The notes under the pieces were generated by a model that saw only the letters and a program-made list of their open reading frames with translations, ran no database searches and was not told the DNA's origin. A stretch of 64,000 nucleotides of DNA, from positions 1,859 to 65,858 of the forward strand of contig CAVPHB010000002.1 in assembly GCA_963704145.1 (NCBI GenBank), written 5' to 3'. Origin of the DNA: an uncultured Chloroflexia bacterium. GTDB lineage: Bacteria; Chloroflexota; Limnocylindria; Limnocylindrales; CSP1-4. This document shows positions 1 through 8,554 of this stretch, in pieces; positions within the stretch are counted from its first letter, which is position 1; each line of letters begins with the position of its first letter. Made by a program: the position numbers and the translations under genes.

Positions 1-1
1 C

Positions 2-757
2 GAGGTCATGAACGCCTGCATCGCGCAGAGCCGTGACGAGGTCGCCGAGACCGCACCGAAGATCTCCACGATCTACATCCCGCTCGACAAGGTCGGTGAA
101 GTGATCGGCCCGAAGGGCAAGGTCATCAACACGATCCAGCAGGAGACCGGAGCCGACATCGGCGTCGACGACGACGGTGCCCGCGGCATCGTCACCATCG
201 GTGCCGTCGAGGCATGGCGCATGGAAGAGGCCAAGGCGGCGATCCTCGCGATCGTCGACCCGCCGAAGGCCGAGCTGGGCGCCGTCTACACGGGCCGTGT
301 GGTGAACATCACCAAGTTCGGTGCGTTCGTCAACATCCTGCCGGGCCGCGACGGCCTCGTGCACATCTCGAAGCTGGGTGGCGGCAAGCGCATCAACTCG
401 GTCGAGGACGTGCTCGAGCTGGGCCAGGAGATCGAGGTCCGCGTCGAGGAGATCGACGACAAGGGCAAGGTCAGCCTGACCCCCGCCGGCGATCCGCCCC
501 CCGCCAAGGAGGGCTCCTCGTCCGGTGAGTCGAGCGGTTCCTCCGATCGCCGCGAGCGTGCGCCCCGCAAGGAGCGCTCGAGCGACTCCGACGCTGCGCC
601 CGCCAGCTCGGGTGGCGGCGTCGACGTCGTCGAGGTGAGCTTCGAGGACAGCTTCGACGCCCAGCTCGCCGACGAACTCGGCGACCTCGGCCCGAAGTCG
701 GACCGTCCGTCCGGTGACGGTGGTGGCCGCAGCGGCGGCCGTCGTCGCCACCGCTGA
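2..757 (+). CDS. pnp: Polynucleotide phosphorylase, C-terminal part (KH + S1 domains), 5' end outside the window
   Basis: The frame is open from the window edge to TGA 755-757. It contains a KH motif (VGEVIGPKGKVINTIQQETGA), an S1 domain (YTGRVVNITKFGAFVNILPGRDGLVHISKL) and a Gly/Arg-rich tail. Confidence 0.9.
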   Translation, partial: EVMNACIAQSRDEVAETAPKISTIYIPLDKVGEVIGPKGKVINTIQQETGADIGVDDDGARGIVTIGAVEAWRMEEAKAAILAIVDPPKAELGAVYTGRVVNITKFGAFVNILPGRDGLVHISKLGGGKRINSVEDVLELGQEIEVRVEEIDDKGKVSLTPAGDPPPAKEGSSSGESSGSSDRRERAPRKERSSDSDAAPASSGGGVDVVEVSFEDSFDAQLADELGDLGPKSDRPSGDGGGRSGGRRRHR

Positions 758-788
758 TTTCACCAGGGGTCAGACCCCTGCTGCAATC
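754..788. repeat. REP-type palindrome, copy 1 (CTGATTTCACCAGGGGTCAGACCCCTGCTGCAATC)
   Basis: It is the near-exact reverse complement of the copy at 2269-2303 (1 mismatch). The two ~15-nt arms pair around GGGGTC/GACCCC. It contains the pnp stop codon. Confidence 0.85.
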
Positions 789-823
789 GCGGTCGGTGCG
801 TGCGCATCGGCCAGACTGAACAC

Positions 824-1591
824 ATGAGAATCGGGGTCAACGGCGCTGCCGGACGAATGGGTCGAACCGTTTGTGCGGCGGTGGTCGCTGACCCCGATCT
901 CGTTTTCGCTGCCGCGGTCGACCCGTTCGGCGTGGGGCAGGCGGTCGAGGGCATCGAGGTGTCCGAACACCTGCACGCGTTCGCCGAGTCGGCGTGCGAT
1001 GTCGTCGTCGACTTCACGGTTGCCGACGCCGCCCGCAACACGCTGCCGTGGCTGGGCATGCACGGCATCCACGCCGTGGTGGGCACGACCGGGTTCACTG
1101 CAGACGATCTCGCTCTGTTCGAGTCGACGTTCGGGTCCGACGGCGGCCCGAACTGCGTGATCGCACCGAACTTCGCGATCTCCGCGGTACTGATGATGCG
1201 CTTCGCCGAGATGGCGGCACCGTTCTTCGACACCGCCGAGATCATCGAACTGCACCACGACCGCAAGATCGACGCACCGTCGGGCACCGCGGTGAAGACC
1301 GCCGAGCGGATGGCCGACGCCCGGGGACGACGCTTCGATCCCGACCCGACGACCGACGAGGTCTACGAGGGCGCCCGCGGCGGCGAGGGCCCGAACGGGA
1401 TCCGAGTCCACTCGGTTCGCATGCGCGGCATGGTCGCCCACCAGGAGGTGATCCTGGGAGCCCAGGGCCAGACCCTGACGATCCGCCAGGACAGCTACGA
1501 CCGCGACAGTTTCATGCCCGGTGTCGTGCTCGCCTGCAAGAAGATCGCCGACGTCCCCGGCCTCTCGAGATCCCTCGACCCCTTCCTGTAG
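824..1591 (+). CDS. dapB: 4-hydroxy-tetrahydrodipicolinate reductase
   Basis: N-terminus MRIGVNGAAGRMGRTV, later EIIELHHDRKIDAPSGTA, matching the DapB family. ATG at 824 is preferred over the GTG at 800. Confidence 0.9.
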   Translation: MRIGVNGAAGRMGRTVCAAVVADPDLVFAAAVDPFGVGQAVEGIEVSEHLHAFAESACDVVVDFTVADAARNTLPWLGMHGIHAVVGTTGFTADDLALFESTFGSDGGPNCVIAPNFAISAVLMMRFAEMAAPFFDTAEIIELHHDRKIDAPSGTAVKTAERMADARGRRFDPDPTTDEVYEGARGGEGPNGIRVHSVRMRGMVAHQEVILGAQGQTLTIRQDSYDRDSFMPGVVLACKKIADVPGLSRSLDPFL

Positions 1592-1593
1592 GA

Positions 1594-1628
1594 ATTGCAG
1601 CAGGGGTCAGCTCGCAACACCCCTTCGT
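1594..1628. repeat. REP-type element, half-diverged copy 2
   Basis: AATTGCAGCAGGGGTC matches the left arm of the REP consensus. The right half has diverged (AGCTCGCAACACCCCTTCGTCAG) but can still pair AGGGGT with ACCCCT. Confidence 0.6.
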
Positions 1629-1641
1629 CAGAGTGGTGGGC

Positions 1642-2265
1642 ATGGGACGACGATTGCGCATCGATCTCGAAGACGGCTGGCACCACGTCATGAACCGTGG
1701 CACGACCACGGCGTGTTCGACGACGGACCGCATCGAGTGGGCAGCGACTCGCGACTGGTCGATCGATTCGACGTGCACGCACGCGTACTGTCCATGACAA
1801 TCATTCCACCTGTGTCACTGCCCGACGGCGGATGTCCGCCGCGATGCAGCGCTCGGCTCGATCTACACCCGCCCGAACGATCGGTCGGCGCGACGGGGCG
1901 TCCGAGGCGGTTCCACTCACGATGTGTCGACGACCCCACCTCTCTCGACGGTCGCTACGCAATGCGCTGGACCTCGCGGGGTCGAGCGGGCCAGCGCATA
2001 CCTCGGCCATCGGGCGTCCTCGGCCTCGCCCGCGCGGTGGCTAACCATCGCCTTCGTTCGGGCTGGACGACGTCCGGGATCGACGAGTTCGTCGAGCGGC
2101 CTCGCTGAAGCGGCTGTCGGATGCGGTGGACGAGCCTTGCCAGTTCCCGAGCCGCGACCCAGTCGACGACGCTGCGATCGGCCGTCTCGCGGATTCGTTC
2201 CCGTCTGGCGACCGACGCGGCGTTCGCCGCCGCAGTCACACGAACGGCGGAACTCGTCTTCCCGA
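1642..2265 (+). pseudogene. Decayed REP-associated tyrosine transposase (RAYT, IS200-like Y1 transposase)
   Basis: No intact ORF spans this interval. Frame pieces read MGRRLRIDLEDGWHHVMNRG, then VFDDGPHR, then FDVHAYCP*QSFHL (a degenerate HAYCLM.NHFHL HUH region). The interval is flanked by REP copies 2 and 3. Confidence 0.6.
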
Positions 2266-2268
2266 CGC

Positions 2269-2303
2269 GATTGCAGCAGGGGTCTGACCCCTGGTGCAAT
2301 CAG
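2269..2303. repeat. REP-type palindrome, copy 3 (GATTGCAGCAGGGGTCTGACCCCTGGTGCAATCAG)
   Basis: Near-perfect palindrome. It overlaps the tpx stop codon (TGA, reverse complement of 2300-2302). Confidence 0.85.
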
Positions 2304-2794
2304 AGGGCGGCGAGGGCGGCGTCGTAGTTGGGTTCCTGGGCGATCTCGGGGACGAGTTCGGTGTGCTTCACCGTGCCGTCGGGGCCGATCACCACCACTG
2401 CACGGGCGAGCACGCCCTGGAGCTTGCCGTCGGTCAGGTCGACGCCGTAGGTCGAACCGAAGTCGGACCGGAACGTCGAGCCGACCTTCACGTTCTCGAT
2501 GCCCTCGGCGCCGCAGAACCGACCCATTGCGAACGGCAGGTCGGCCGAGACGCACACGACCACCGTCTCGTCCATGCCGGCGGCGCGCTCGTTGAACTGC
2601 CGGACGCTCGTGGCACACGTCGGCGTGTCGATGCTCGGGAAGATGTTCAGGATGACGTTCTTGCCGGCGAACTCACCGGCGTCGAACTCGCCCAGGTCGG
2701 CGCCGACCAGCGAAAACGACGGCGCGGCGGCACCGACAGCGGGGAGATCTCCGGACGTGTGGACGGGGTTTCCCCCGAGGGTGACTTCAGCCAT
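2300..2794 (-). CDS. tpx: Thiol peroxidase
   Basis: 164 aa that align end to end with Tpx. Shared motifs include GNPVHTSG, NIFPSIDTPTCATSVRQFN, SADLPFAMGRFCGAEG and ARAVVVIG. Confidence 0.92.
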   Translation of the reverse strand: MAEVTLGGNPVHTSGDLPAVGAAAPSFSLVGADLGEFDAGEFAGKNVILNIFPSIDTPTCATSVRQFNERAAGMDETVVVCVSADLPFAMGRFCGAEGIENVKVGSTFRSDFGSTYGVDLTDGKLQGVLARAVVVIGPDGTVKHTELVPEIAQEPNYDAALAAL

Positions 2795-2853
2795 GACTGT
2801 CGTTCTAGCAACGTCGGGCCGGTTTGGCCCAGGCGAGCGGCCCTCGAACTGCG

Positions 2854-2888
2854 GATTGCATCGGGGGTCTGACCCCTGATGTAATCAG
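2854..2888. repeat. REP-type palindrome, copy 4 (GATTGCATCGGGGGTCTGACCCCTGATGTAATCAG)
   Basis: Same architecture as the other copies, with compensatory arm changes. It overlaps the stop codon of the 2885-3499 gene. Confidence 0.8.
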
Positions 2889-3499
2889 GCGCCGCGGAGG
2901 TTGCGGACGTTGACGAGCACGACCAGGGCGATCGAGATGCCCACCGCCCACCACTGGTACCGCTGCAGCCACTCGAGGAAATCGACCAGCTGGGCCTCGA
3001 ATGTGCGGGCCAGCCACCACATCAGCGCCAGGCGCCCTGCGATGCCGACCGTGAGCAGAACGGCGAGGCGCACCGGGGGAGTGCGGTGGACGCCACTCAG
3101 CGCCGCGACGATGTTCGAGCCGGCGAAGAACGGGATCAGGAACCACTCCGCCTTCGAGAATCCACGGTTGAACGAGTCGATGGCGTCCTGACGGACACCG
3201 AGGTACTTGCGGAACCAGCCGATCGCATCGTCGTGATACGCCCGGCCGATCATGTGGCACACCAGGAACGCCGCGCCGATCCGGACGAAGCCGATCACCA
3301 CGTACACCGGAACCGAGACACCGGCGGCCAGCGTGAGCGAGGTGTCTGAGACTGACACAGGAGAACAAGACGACGAGTCGAGCAGATGTACAATAGCCGC
3401 ATTGCTGCACGACGGGCAACCGGCTTCGAGCGTCGTGCCGCACTCCATGCAGAACTTCGCGCCCGGAAGATTCTGTGTGCCGCACGTTGGGCAGTTCAA
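2885..3499 (-). CDS. Zinc-ribbon domain membrane protein (possibly VTT/DedA-like)
   Basis: N-terminal CPTCGTQNLPGAKFCMECG...CPSC zinc ribbon followed by several hydrophobic helices. The family assignment is tentative. Confidence 0.6.
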   Translation of the reverse strand: MNCPTCGTQNLPGAKFCMECGTTLEAGCPSCSNAAIVHLLDSSSCSPVSVSDTSLTLAAGVSVPVYVVIGFVRIGAAFLVCHMIGRAYHDDAIGWFRKYLGVRQDAIDSFNRGFSKAEWFLIPFFAGSNIVAALSGVHRTPPVRLAVLLTVGIAGRLALMWWLARTFEAQLVDFLEWLQRYQWWAVGISIALVVLVNVRNLRGA

Positions 3500-3626
3500 G
3501 CCGGCGCCTCTCCAATCGGACTGCTACTCGCGCTGCGAAGGATACGCGCCGCGGGCCCGTTTCCGACACCGCGGAGAACCGGCGGCCGGCCATGCGCCGA
3601 ATGATGGTTGCGCCCTGGTCGGCGGC

Positions 3627-4142
3627 TCAGAGGATTGTGACGCGTGGTGACCTGGCGCGAGGGAGGGGCGGGCGCACCGGCTGCTGCGCTGGCCGGGACT
3701 GCCTCCGCGGCCTGGGCGGCCTGGGCAGCTTGGGCTGCCGGGGCTGCAATGTGCGGCGAGATGAGCTCCCAGCCAGCTGGGCCACACGCTGGTGTGAAAT
3801 GTCGAGCAGCCGGCCTATGTCGCGCAAGGGTAGGCCCAGCTCGATCAGCGTGCGCACGGCTTCGCGCGATGCCGCGGCGGCGTCAGCCTGCGCCCTGGAC
3901 ATGTCGCGCCGAGCAGCCACTGCAGCCTTCACGACGAGCTCGACGGGCGGGTCAAGAATGGGCTCGACGATCAGGTCGAACGACTCGGCTGGGACATCCA
4001 GTTGCAGACAGATAGCGTTGCGTGCCACATCGTTGACGTGCTCAAGCCGCTTGGCCTGGCTGAAGATGCCGGGCAGCTCGACCACCTCGATCGCCCACCA
4101 CTTGCCCCTGGGTCGCGCGCGAACCGTGTAGCCGTGCCTCAT
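3627..4142 (-). CDS. HicB-like antitoxin family protein with a C-terminal HTH, and no adjacent HicA
   Basis: N-terminus GYTVRARPRGKWWAIEVVELPGIFSQAKRLEHVNDVARNAI is typical of HicB. It is followed by LPLRDIGRLLDISHQRVAQL (an HTH) and a Pro/Arg-rich tail. Confidence 0.6.
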   Translation of the reverse strand: MRHGYTVRARPRGKWWAIEVVELPGIFSQAKRLEHVNDVARNAICLQLDVPAESFDLIVEPILDPPVELVVKAAVAARRDMSRAQADAAAASREAVRTLIELGLPLRDIGRLLDISHQRVAQLAGSSSRRTLQPRQPKLPRPPRPRRQSRPAQQPVRPPLPRARSPRVTIL

Positions 4143-4199
4143 GTCCCCTCACCAACGCTGGCCCCAGCCGTGTCGCGCCAGTCTTCGGCGCGGCGGCTT

Positions 4200-4242
4200 G
4201 TGTCTATTGTGCTTGCCTTGTCAAGGCTATTGCCATAGACAC
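4200..4242. promoter_or_regulatory. Nested inverted repeat in a divergent intergenic region (candidate operator)
   Basis: GTGTCTAT-N27-ATAGACAC encloses GCCTTGTCAAGGC. It lies between the divergent starts at 4142 (-) and 4340 (+). Confidence 0.3.
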
Positions 4243-4339
4243 GTCGCAAGAGCCGCTCCACGGTTCCGCAGCACAGCACGCGGACAATCGGCGGTGTCGG
4301 ATGCCCGCCGCGGCATCGAGCTGAAAGGGGAGCACAAGG

Positions 4340-4525
4340 ATGGTCAAAGACGCGACTGGACGAGAGGGCCTCTCAGCCGGAGCCATCGCCAAGGAGCTCG
4401 ACGCGACTCCCGGGGCGGTGAAGAAGGCGCTCGCGGCAATGAAGATCGAGGCCGACTTCGTCAAGGCCGGCTGCGCGTACTACTACGCCGAGCGCCTGCC
4501 AAAGGTGAAGCAGGCTCTCGCCTAG
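4340..4525 (+). CDS. Small hypothetical protein (61 aa, possibly HTH-like)
   Basis: ATG is preceded by AAGGGGAG. The codon bias looks coding, but no family was recognised. Confidence 0.45.
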   Translation: MVKDATGREGLSAGAIAKELDATPGAVKKALAAMKIEADFVKAGCAYYYAERLPKVKQALA

Positions 4526-4610
4526 CCGGAATCGACCCTCGCACCTTCGGAGGCTCATACTGTCAGCTGACGGTGCGCACTCGGTCGTACCCGATAGCGA
4601 GGATCTGGGT

Positions 4611-4868
4611 ATGGCCAAGCACTCGAAGTCAGAACGCGCCCGACGCGTCGTGGAGAACGAGAACGTCGCGCGCATAGAAGCGGCCTGGCAGGCGAGCGTC
4701 CCTGCCGCCACGGCCAAGGAGTTCGCCCGCGCGGTGGCCGAGGCGAAGGCGCGTGGTCCCCAAGAGCGGCGGCCGGACATGGCCCCCGGGACCGCCCCCC
4801 GACCGCCCCGACCGGGCCGCGAACCGAAGCCACCCAAGGAGCAGACCCGGTCGCGCCGGAGCTACTGA
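4611..4868 (+). CDS. Hypothetical protein (85 aa, Pro/Arg-rich C-terminus)
   Basis: ORF co-directional with its neighbours. No family recognised. Confidence 0.35.
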   Translation: MAKHSKSERARRVVENENVARIEAAWQASVPAATAKEFARAVAEAKARGPQERRPDMAPGTAPRPPRPGREPKPPKEQTRSRRSY

Positions 4869-4913
4869 TGCTCGTCCGACCACCCTCCGCCACCGTCGGC
4901 CGACGGTTCGCCG

Positions 4914-5234
4914 ATGCGTAAGCGCAAGGTCAACTACCCGCCGGCCAAGACGGCCACCAAGCGGGCCCCGGCGCCGGCCCCCGACCCGACCTTCGAGCGC
5001 CCCAACCTGGCCACGATCAACCTTCAAGCCGGCGCAGGCCGAGCGGGCTTTGCCGTCGGCGACCGCGTACGCATCGAGGCCGCGGGCATCTACGCCGGCC
5101 AGATCGCGGTCATCGAGCGACTCAGCAGCGGAGTCATCCCATCCGCGCTGGTGCGCACCGACAGTGGCGGCACCCGCCAGGTCCGAACGATCGATCTCGT
5201 TGCCGCGCCCGCGGAGCCACCGCCCTCAGGCTGA
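4914..5234 (+). CDS. Hypothetical protein (106 aa)
   Basis: ORF with a plausible small beta-rich domain (GDRVRIEAAGIYAGQIAVIERL). No family recognised. Confidence 0.4.
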   Translation: MRKRKVNYPPAKTATKRAPAPAPDPTFERPNLATINLQAGAGRAGFAVGDRVRIEAAGIYAGQIAVIERLSSGVIPSALVRTDSGGTRQVRTIDLVAAPAEPPPSG

Positions 5235-5723
5235 CCCGACGCGGGTGTCCTCTTTCGTTGGGACGGCGAGCAGTTTGAGGATGCGCGCCCTGATGGCCGA
5301 AGCGGTGGCCGAAGCGGTGGCCGGAGCGTCGAACTCGAGCAGCGTCCATTCGTCGGCCGGACCCGACTCGTCGTCGTCCGTGCGGACGATGCACACGCCG
5401 TCCCAGAAACCGTCGCGCCCGAAGCCCGGCTGGCCACCCTGGTCGAGCGCTCGAAACGGGAGCACCAGGCTGCCGTGGTCCATCTGCAGGAACTTGGCCG
5501 TTATGCGCATCAGCGGGTACGGCCCGCCGCGGTGCGCCGGGCTCCAACGGTAGGCAGCGCCGCGGCGCTCGACGTAGATGAGCGGCGTGAACGGGATCGC
5601 GAGGGCGATGCCCTTGGCCACGATGTCGATCGTCGTGGCGTGGTTGATGCCCTGGGCGAGGCTTACGCGCTCCGGATTCGGCCGCGCGCCAACGGCGCCG
5701 GCAGGATTGGATGACATCCCCAT
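5226..5723 (-). CDS. Hypothetical protein (165 aa)
   Basis: Non-repetitive ORF with an ordinary amino-acid composition. No family recognised. Confidence 0.45.
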   Translation of the reverse strand: MGMSSNPAGAVGARPNPERVSLAQGINHATTIDIVAKGIALAIPFTPLIYVERRGAAYRWSPAHRGGPYPLMRITAKFLQMDHGSLVLPFRALDQGGQPGFGRDGFWDGVCIVRTDDDESGPADEWTLLEFDAPATASATASAIRARILKLLAVPTKEDTRVGSA

Positions 5724-5889
5724 CTCCTATCGCACCTGGCAGTGGCACCGTGCCGACATGAGGGATGTCGGTGGTTGCCGGGCCGTCAACGAGCCAGGAC
5801 TCTCGGGCCGCTCTGGATAGGCGCCGCGCGTCTGTGCGCGGCAGCTCCCATTCTACGCTGCGGGTCGGTCGGGGAGACGCCCGCAGAAG

Positions 5890-6303
5890 TCAGGCGTGCG
5901 AGTGATCGTGGTCCTCGTGCGCCGGTGGGCCGGGCAATGCTCCTTTGACCACTCGACCGCCGCGCACGACCGCCAGCGTCCGAACCGCCGGGCTCGTGGG
6001 CGAACCGGCACGGTGGGCCCGCCCCGTGCGCGGGTCGCTGCTGAGCACCGCCAGGTCTGCCCGCCCGCCGACCTCGAGCCTCGCGTCAACCGGCCACCCA
6101 GCGTCGGCATCCCCGGCAATGGGAATGACGCAGGCGCCGGCAAGGTCGATGAAGTGCGAATCGCCGCGCGAGATCGAGCGCACGGCGTCGTCGCGGCCGA
6201 GGGCGATCACCACGTCGGCGGCCCAGACGATGGCCGAGGCATCCGGCTCGTCGCCACCCGGAATGACGACGCCGCCGACGAGCACCGTGTACAGGTGGGT
6301 CAC
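5890..6303 (-). CDS. Amidohydrolase-like mini-protein (composite beta-sandwich only, catalytic barrel missing)
   Basis: The N-terminal strands (VLVGGVVIPG...AADVVIALGRDDAV...IDLAGACVIP) join directly to C-terminal strands (LEVGGRADLAVLSSDP...VVRGGRVV). It ends in a His-rich tail. Confidence 0.5.
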   Translation of the reverse strand: MTHLYTVLVGGVVIPGGDEPDASAIVWAADVVIALGRDDAVRSISRGDSHFIDLAGACVIPIAGDADAGWPVDARLEVGGRADLAVLSSDPRTGRAHRAGSPTSPAVRTLAVVRGGRVVKGALPGPPAHEDHDHSHA

Positions 6304-6316
6304 GACGGCCCGTCGG

Positions 6317-6829
6317 CTATTTGGCGGCCGGGCTGGGTATCGCGCCCGACTCCTCGCCCGCCACCAGCGCGACGACCGGCTCGTAGGCAGCCCACAGGCT
6401 GCTGAACTTGCTGGCCGAGATGAACGGCCGCAGCATCACCAGGCCGAGCGCGGCGCACGACGCGTCGATAAAGGCCATCTCGTGGGCCGGCGGGAGGTCT
6501 TCCGAGAATGCGGTCTCATGCTGCCCATCCCAGGCGTTGACCGCGGCCACGTGCTCCAGGGTGCGCGGCTGCTCGTGGACTGCTGCCGCGTACGCCTTCG
6601 CGGCGGCACGGGCAATCTCGGTCGCCTCGTGGCGCATGGCGAACCACTCCTCCCGGAGTCCGGAGTCGTCCAGCGCGGTGGCCAGCGCATCCTCAAGCTT
6701 CTCGACCGAGTTGGCGCCGTAGCCATCCTCGAGCTTCTTCCAGCGTCGCGCCGGCAGCTCGCGCAGGTATGCCAGCAACCACTCGACCTGCTGCGTGTTC
6801 GGGCCGTACATGTCCCCAATGGTAGCCAT
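6317..6829 (-). CDS. Hypothetical protein (170 aa, helical)
   Basis: Non-repetitive ORF. No family recognised. Confidence 0.45.
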   Translation of the reverse strand: MATIGDMYGPNTQQVEWLLAYLRELPARRWKKLEDGYGANSVEKLEDALATALDDSGLREEWFAMRHEATEIARAAAKAYAAAVHEQPRTLEHVAAVNAWDGQHETAFSEDLPPAHEMAFIDASCAALGLVMLRPFISASKFSSLWAAYEPVVALVAGEESGAIPSPAAK

Positions 6830-6913
6830 GCCTGCACGGCACGCCCGAGACGCGCTGACCCCGCCGGCTGGTTGAGTCGGTTCGGTGGCTAGACGGGCGC
6901 GGACGGCGCCGGC

Positions 6914-7180
6914 CTATACCTCGCGGTAGATCTTGTCGTGCTCGCGGACGTGGTCGTCGACGTGCAGCGCAACGTCGTCGCCGGGTTTGGCCCGCTCGAT
7001 CGCGGCGTGCTCGACCTGCATCGAGTCGACCGTCTGAACGAGGTTCGTGGTGTGGCCAATGATGTGCACACGCTCGCCCACCGACAGCGGCTTGTCCAAC
7101 GCCACCGCCGCCACTTCAAGGTGGGTGAAGTAGTGGGTCACCGTGCCAATCGCATCGGCCGGATCGTGATCGGTCGCCAT
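6914..7180 (-). CDS. Small EF-Tu-domain-2-like beta-barrel protein
   Basis: 88 aa (GTVTHYFTHLEVAAVALDKPLSVGERVHIIGHTT...) resemble the small translation-elongation-factor-like proteins. Confidence 0.5.
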   Translation of the reverse strand: MATDHDPADAIGTVTHYFTHLEVAAVALDKPLSVGERVHIIGHTTNLVQTVDSMQVEHAAIERAKPGDDVALHVDDHVREHDKIYREV

Positions 7181-7276
7181 CCATCCACCTCCCGCGCTAC
7201 GTTACTCGCTCCGTCCACTCGTTTTCCAGCCCCGCCATGCTCGTGCCGCACGCAGCCCGTGCCCCGCGCCGCCTAC

Positions 7277-8443
7277 CTACCGCCACAGGTCGCCGTATGG
7301 ATGGTCGCCGCGCAGCTGCTTGCCGGCCGCGAAGCGCCCCGGATCGAACATCGAGATGTCTGCACTGGCCGCGGCGCCGTCGAGGATCAGCTCGGCGACG
7401 GCCAGGCCCACCGCGGGCGCGATCTTGAAGCCCGTCCCGGAAAAGCCGGTCTGGAATACCAGCCCGTCCGGGCCGTAGCGGCCGATGATCGCGCGCTGGT
7501 CGGCGGTGATCCCGTCCGTGCCCCCGTGCGAGCCGCGGAACTCGGACTGCGCGAAGGCCGGCACGCGACGGCACAGCCGGTCGACCACGTGGTCGATGAA
7601 GGCTGGATCGCTGGGGCTGTCGTCGCCGGCCAGATCGTCGATCCGGTTGCCGTCCTCCAGGCCGACCAGCGCCAGCGTGTGCCCCTCGGGCCGGAAATAG
7701 AGCTCGTTGATGTCGTCGATGACCGTGGGCAGAGCGCCCTCCAGGGCGTCCGGGCGGGAGACGTAGCCCGTGTCGTGGTGCCAGGCGCGGATCTCCACCT
7801 TGACGCCGGCGGTCGCCGCCAGAGCAGCCGACCAGGCGCCCGCCGCAAGCACGACCACCGGTGCCGAGATCATGCCGCCCGCCATGCGCACACCGACCAC
7901 CCGCCCGTCATCGACCTCGATCGCCTGCACGACACTCGCCTGGCGCAGGACGGCGCCCTTCGCGCGGGCCGCGGCGAGCAGGGAGGTGCACGTGCTGGTC
8001 GGGTCGGCGTAGCCCGAGTCGGGCTCGTAGGCGGCGATGTTGAAGTCGTCGGTCACGAAGCCCGGGGCAAGGCGGGCGACGTCGGCGGCCGACACGACCG
8101 TGGTCGGGATGCCGATCCGCTGCTGGTCGGCCACGTTCGCACGCAGGTTGTCCTCTTGAGCCGGGGGCACGATGCGCACGAAACCGGTGCGCGTGAAGCC
8201 GGCGTCGCCGCCCACGCGCTGGGCCCAGTTGGTGAAGTAGTCGAACGACTTCCAGGCCAGCGCGCTCTCAGCGGCCAAGTCGTAGTGCATGCGCACCAGG
8301 CCGCTCGAGCGACCCGTCGCCGCGGAGCCGGCCACCGTCCGCTCGAGCACCATGACGCGAGCGCCGCGCTCGGCCAGGTGGAAAGCCGTGCTCGCGCCGT
8401 GCACCCCGGCACCGATCACGACGACATCGGCGATCTCGTTCAC
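7277..8443 (-). CDS. FAD-dependent oxidoreductase (DAO / sarcosine-oxidase-beta-like)
   Basis: Contains the ADVVVIGAGVHGASTAFHLAERGARVMVLE dinucleotide-binding fold. Full length, 388 aa, intact. Confidence 0.85.
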   Translation of the reverse strand: MNEIADVVVIGAGVHGASTAFHLAERGARVMVLERTVAGSAATGRSSGLVRMHYDLAAESALAWKSFDYFTNWAQRVGGDAGFTRTGFVRIVPPAQEDNLRANVADQQRIGIPTTVVSAADVARLAPGFVTDDFNIAAYEPDSGYADPTSTCTSLLAAARAKGAVLRQASVVQAIEVDDGRVVGVRMAGGMISAPVVVLAAGAWSAALAATAGVKVEIRAWHHDTGYVSRPDALEGALPTVIDDINELYFRPEGHTLALVGLEDGNRIDDLAGDDSPSDPAFIDHVVDRLCRRVPAFAQSEFRGSHGGTDGITADQRAIIGRYGPDGLVFQTGFSGTGFKIAPAVGLAVAELILDGAAASADISMFDPGRFAAGKQLRGDHPYGDLWR

Positions 8444-8554
8444 CCTCGCTCCTCCTGGCAGCGGTCCGCGTTGGATCAGACGTTAGCCGATCGAGTGTCG
8501 ACTGGGTCTGTGCTCGCACCGCCCGCTTCTCACCAAGGACGTCCATCCAGTCGG

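Noticed and set aside
3500-7200. Prophage or integrative element
   Set aside because: No integrase, recombinase, capsid, terminase or att-like direct repeats were recognised. Only a weak 'small unknown genes' signal remains.
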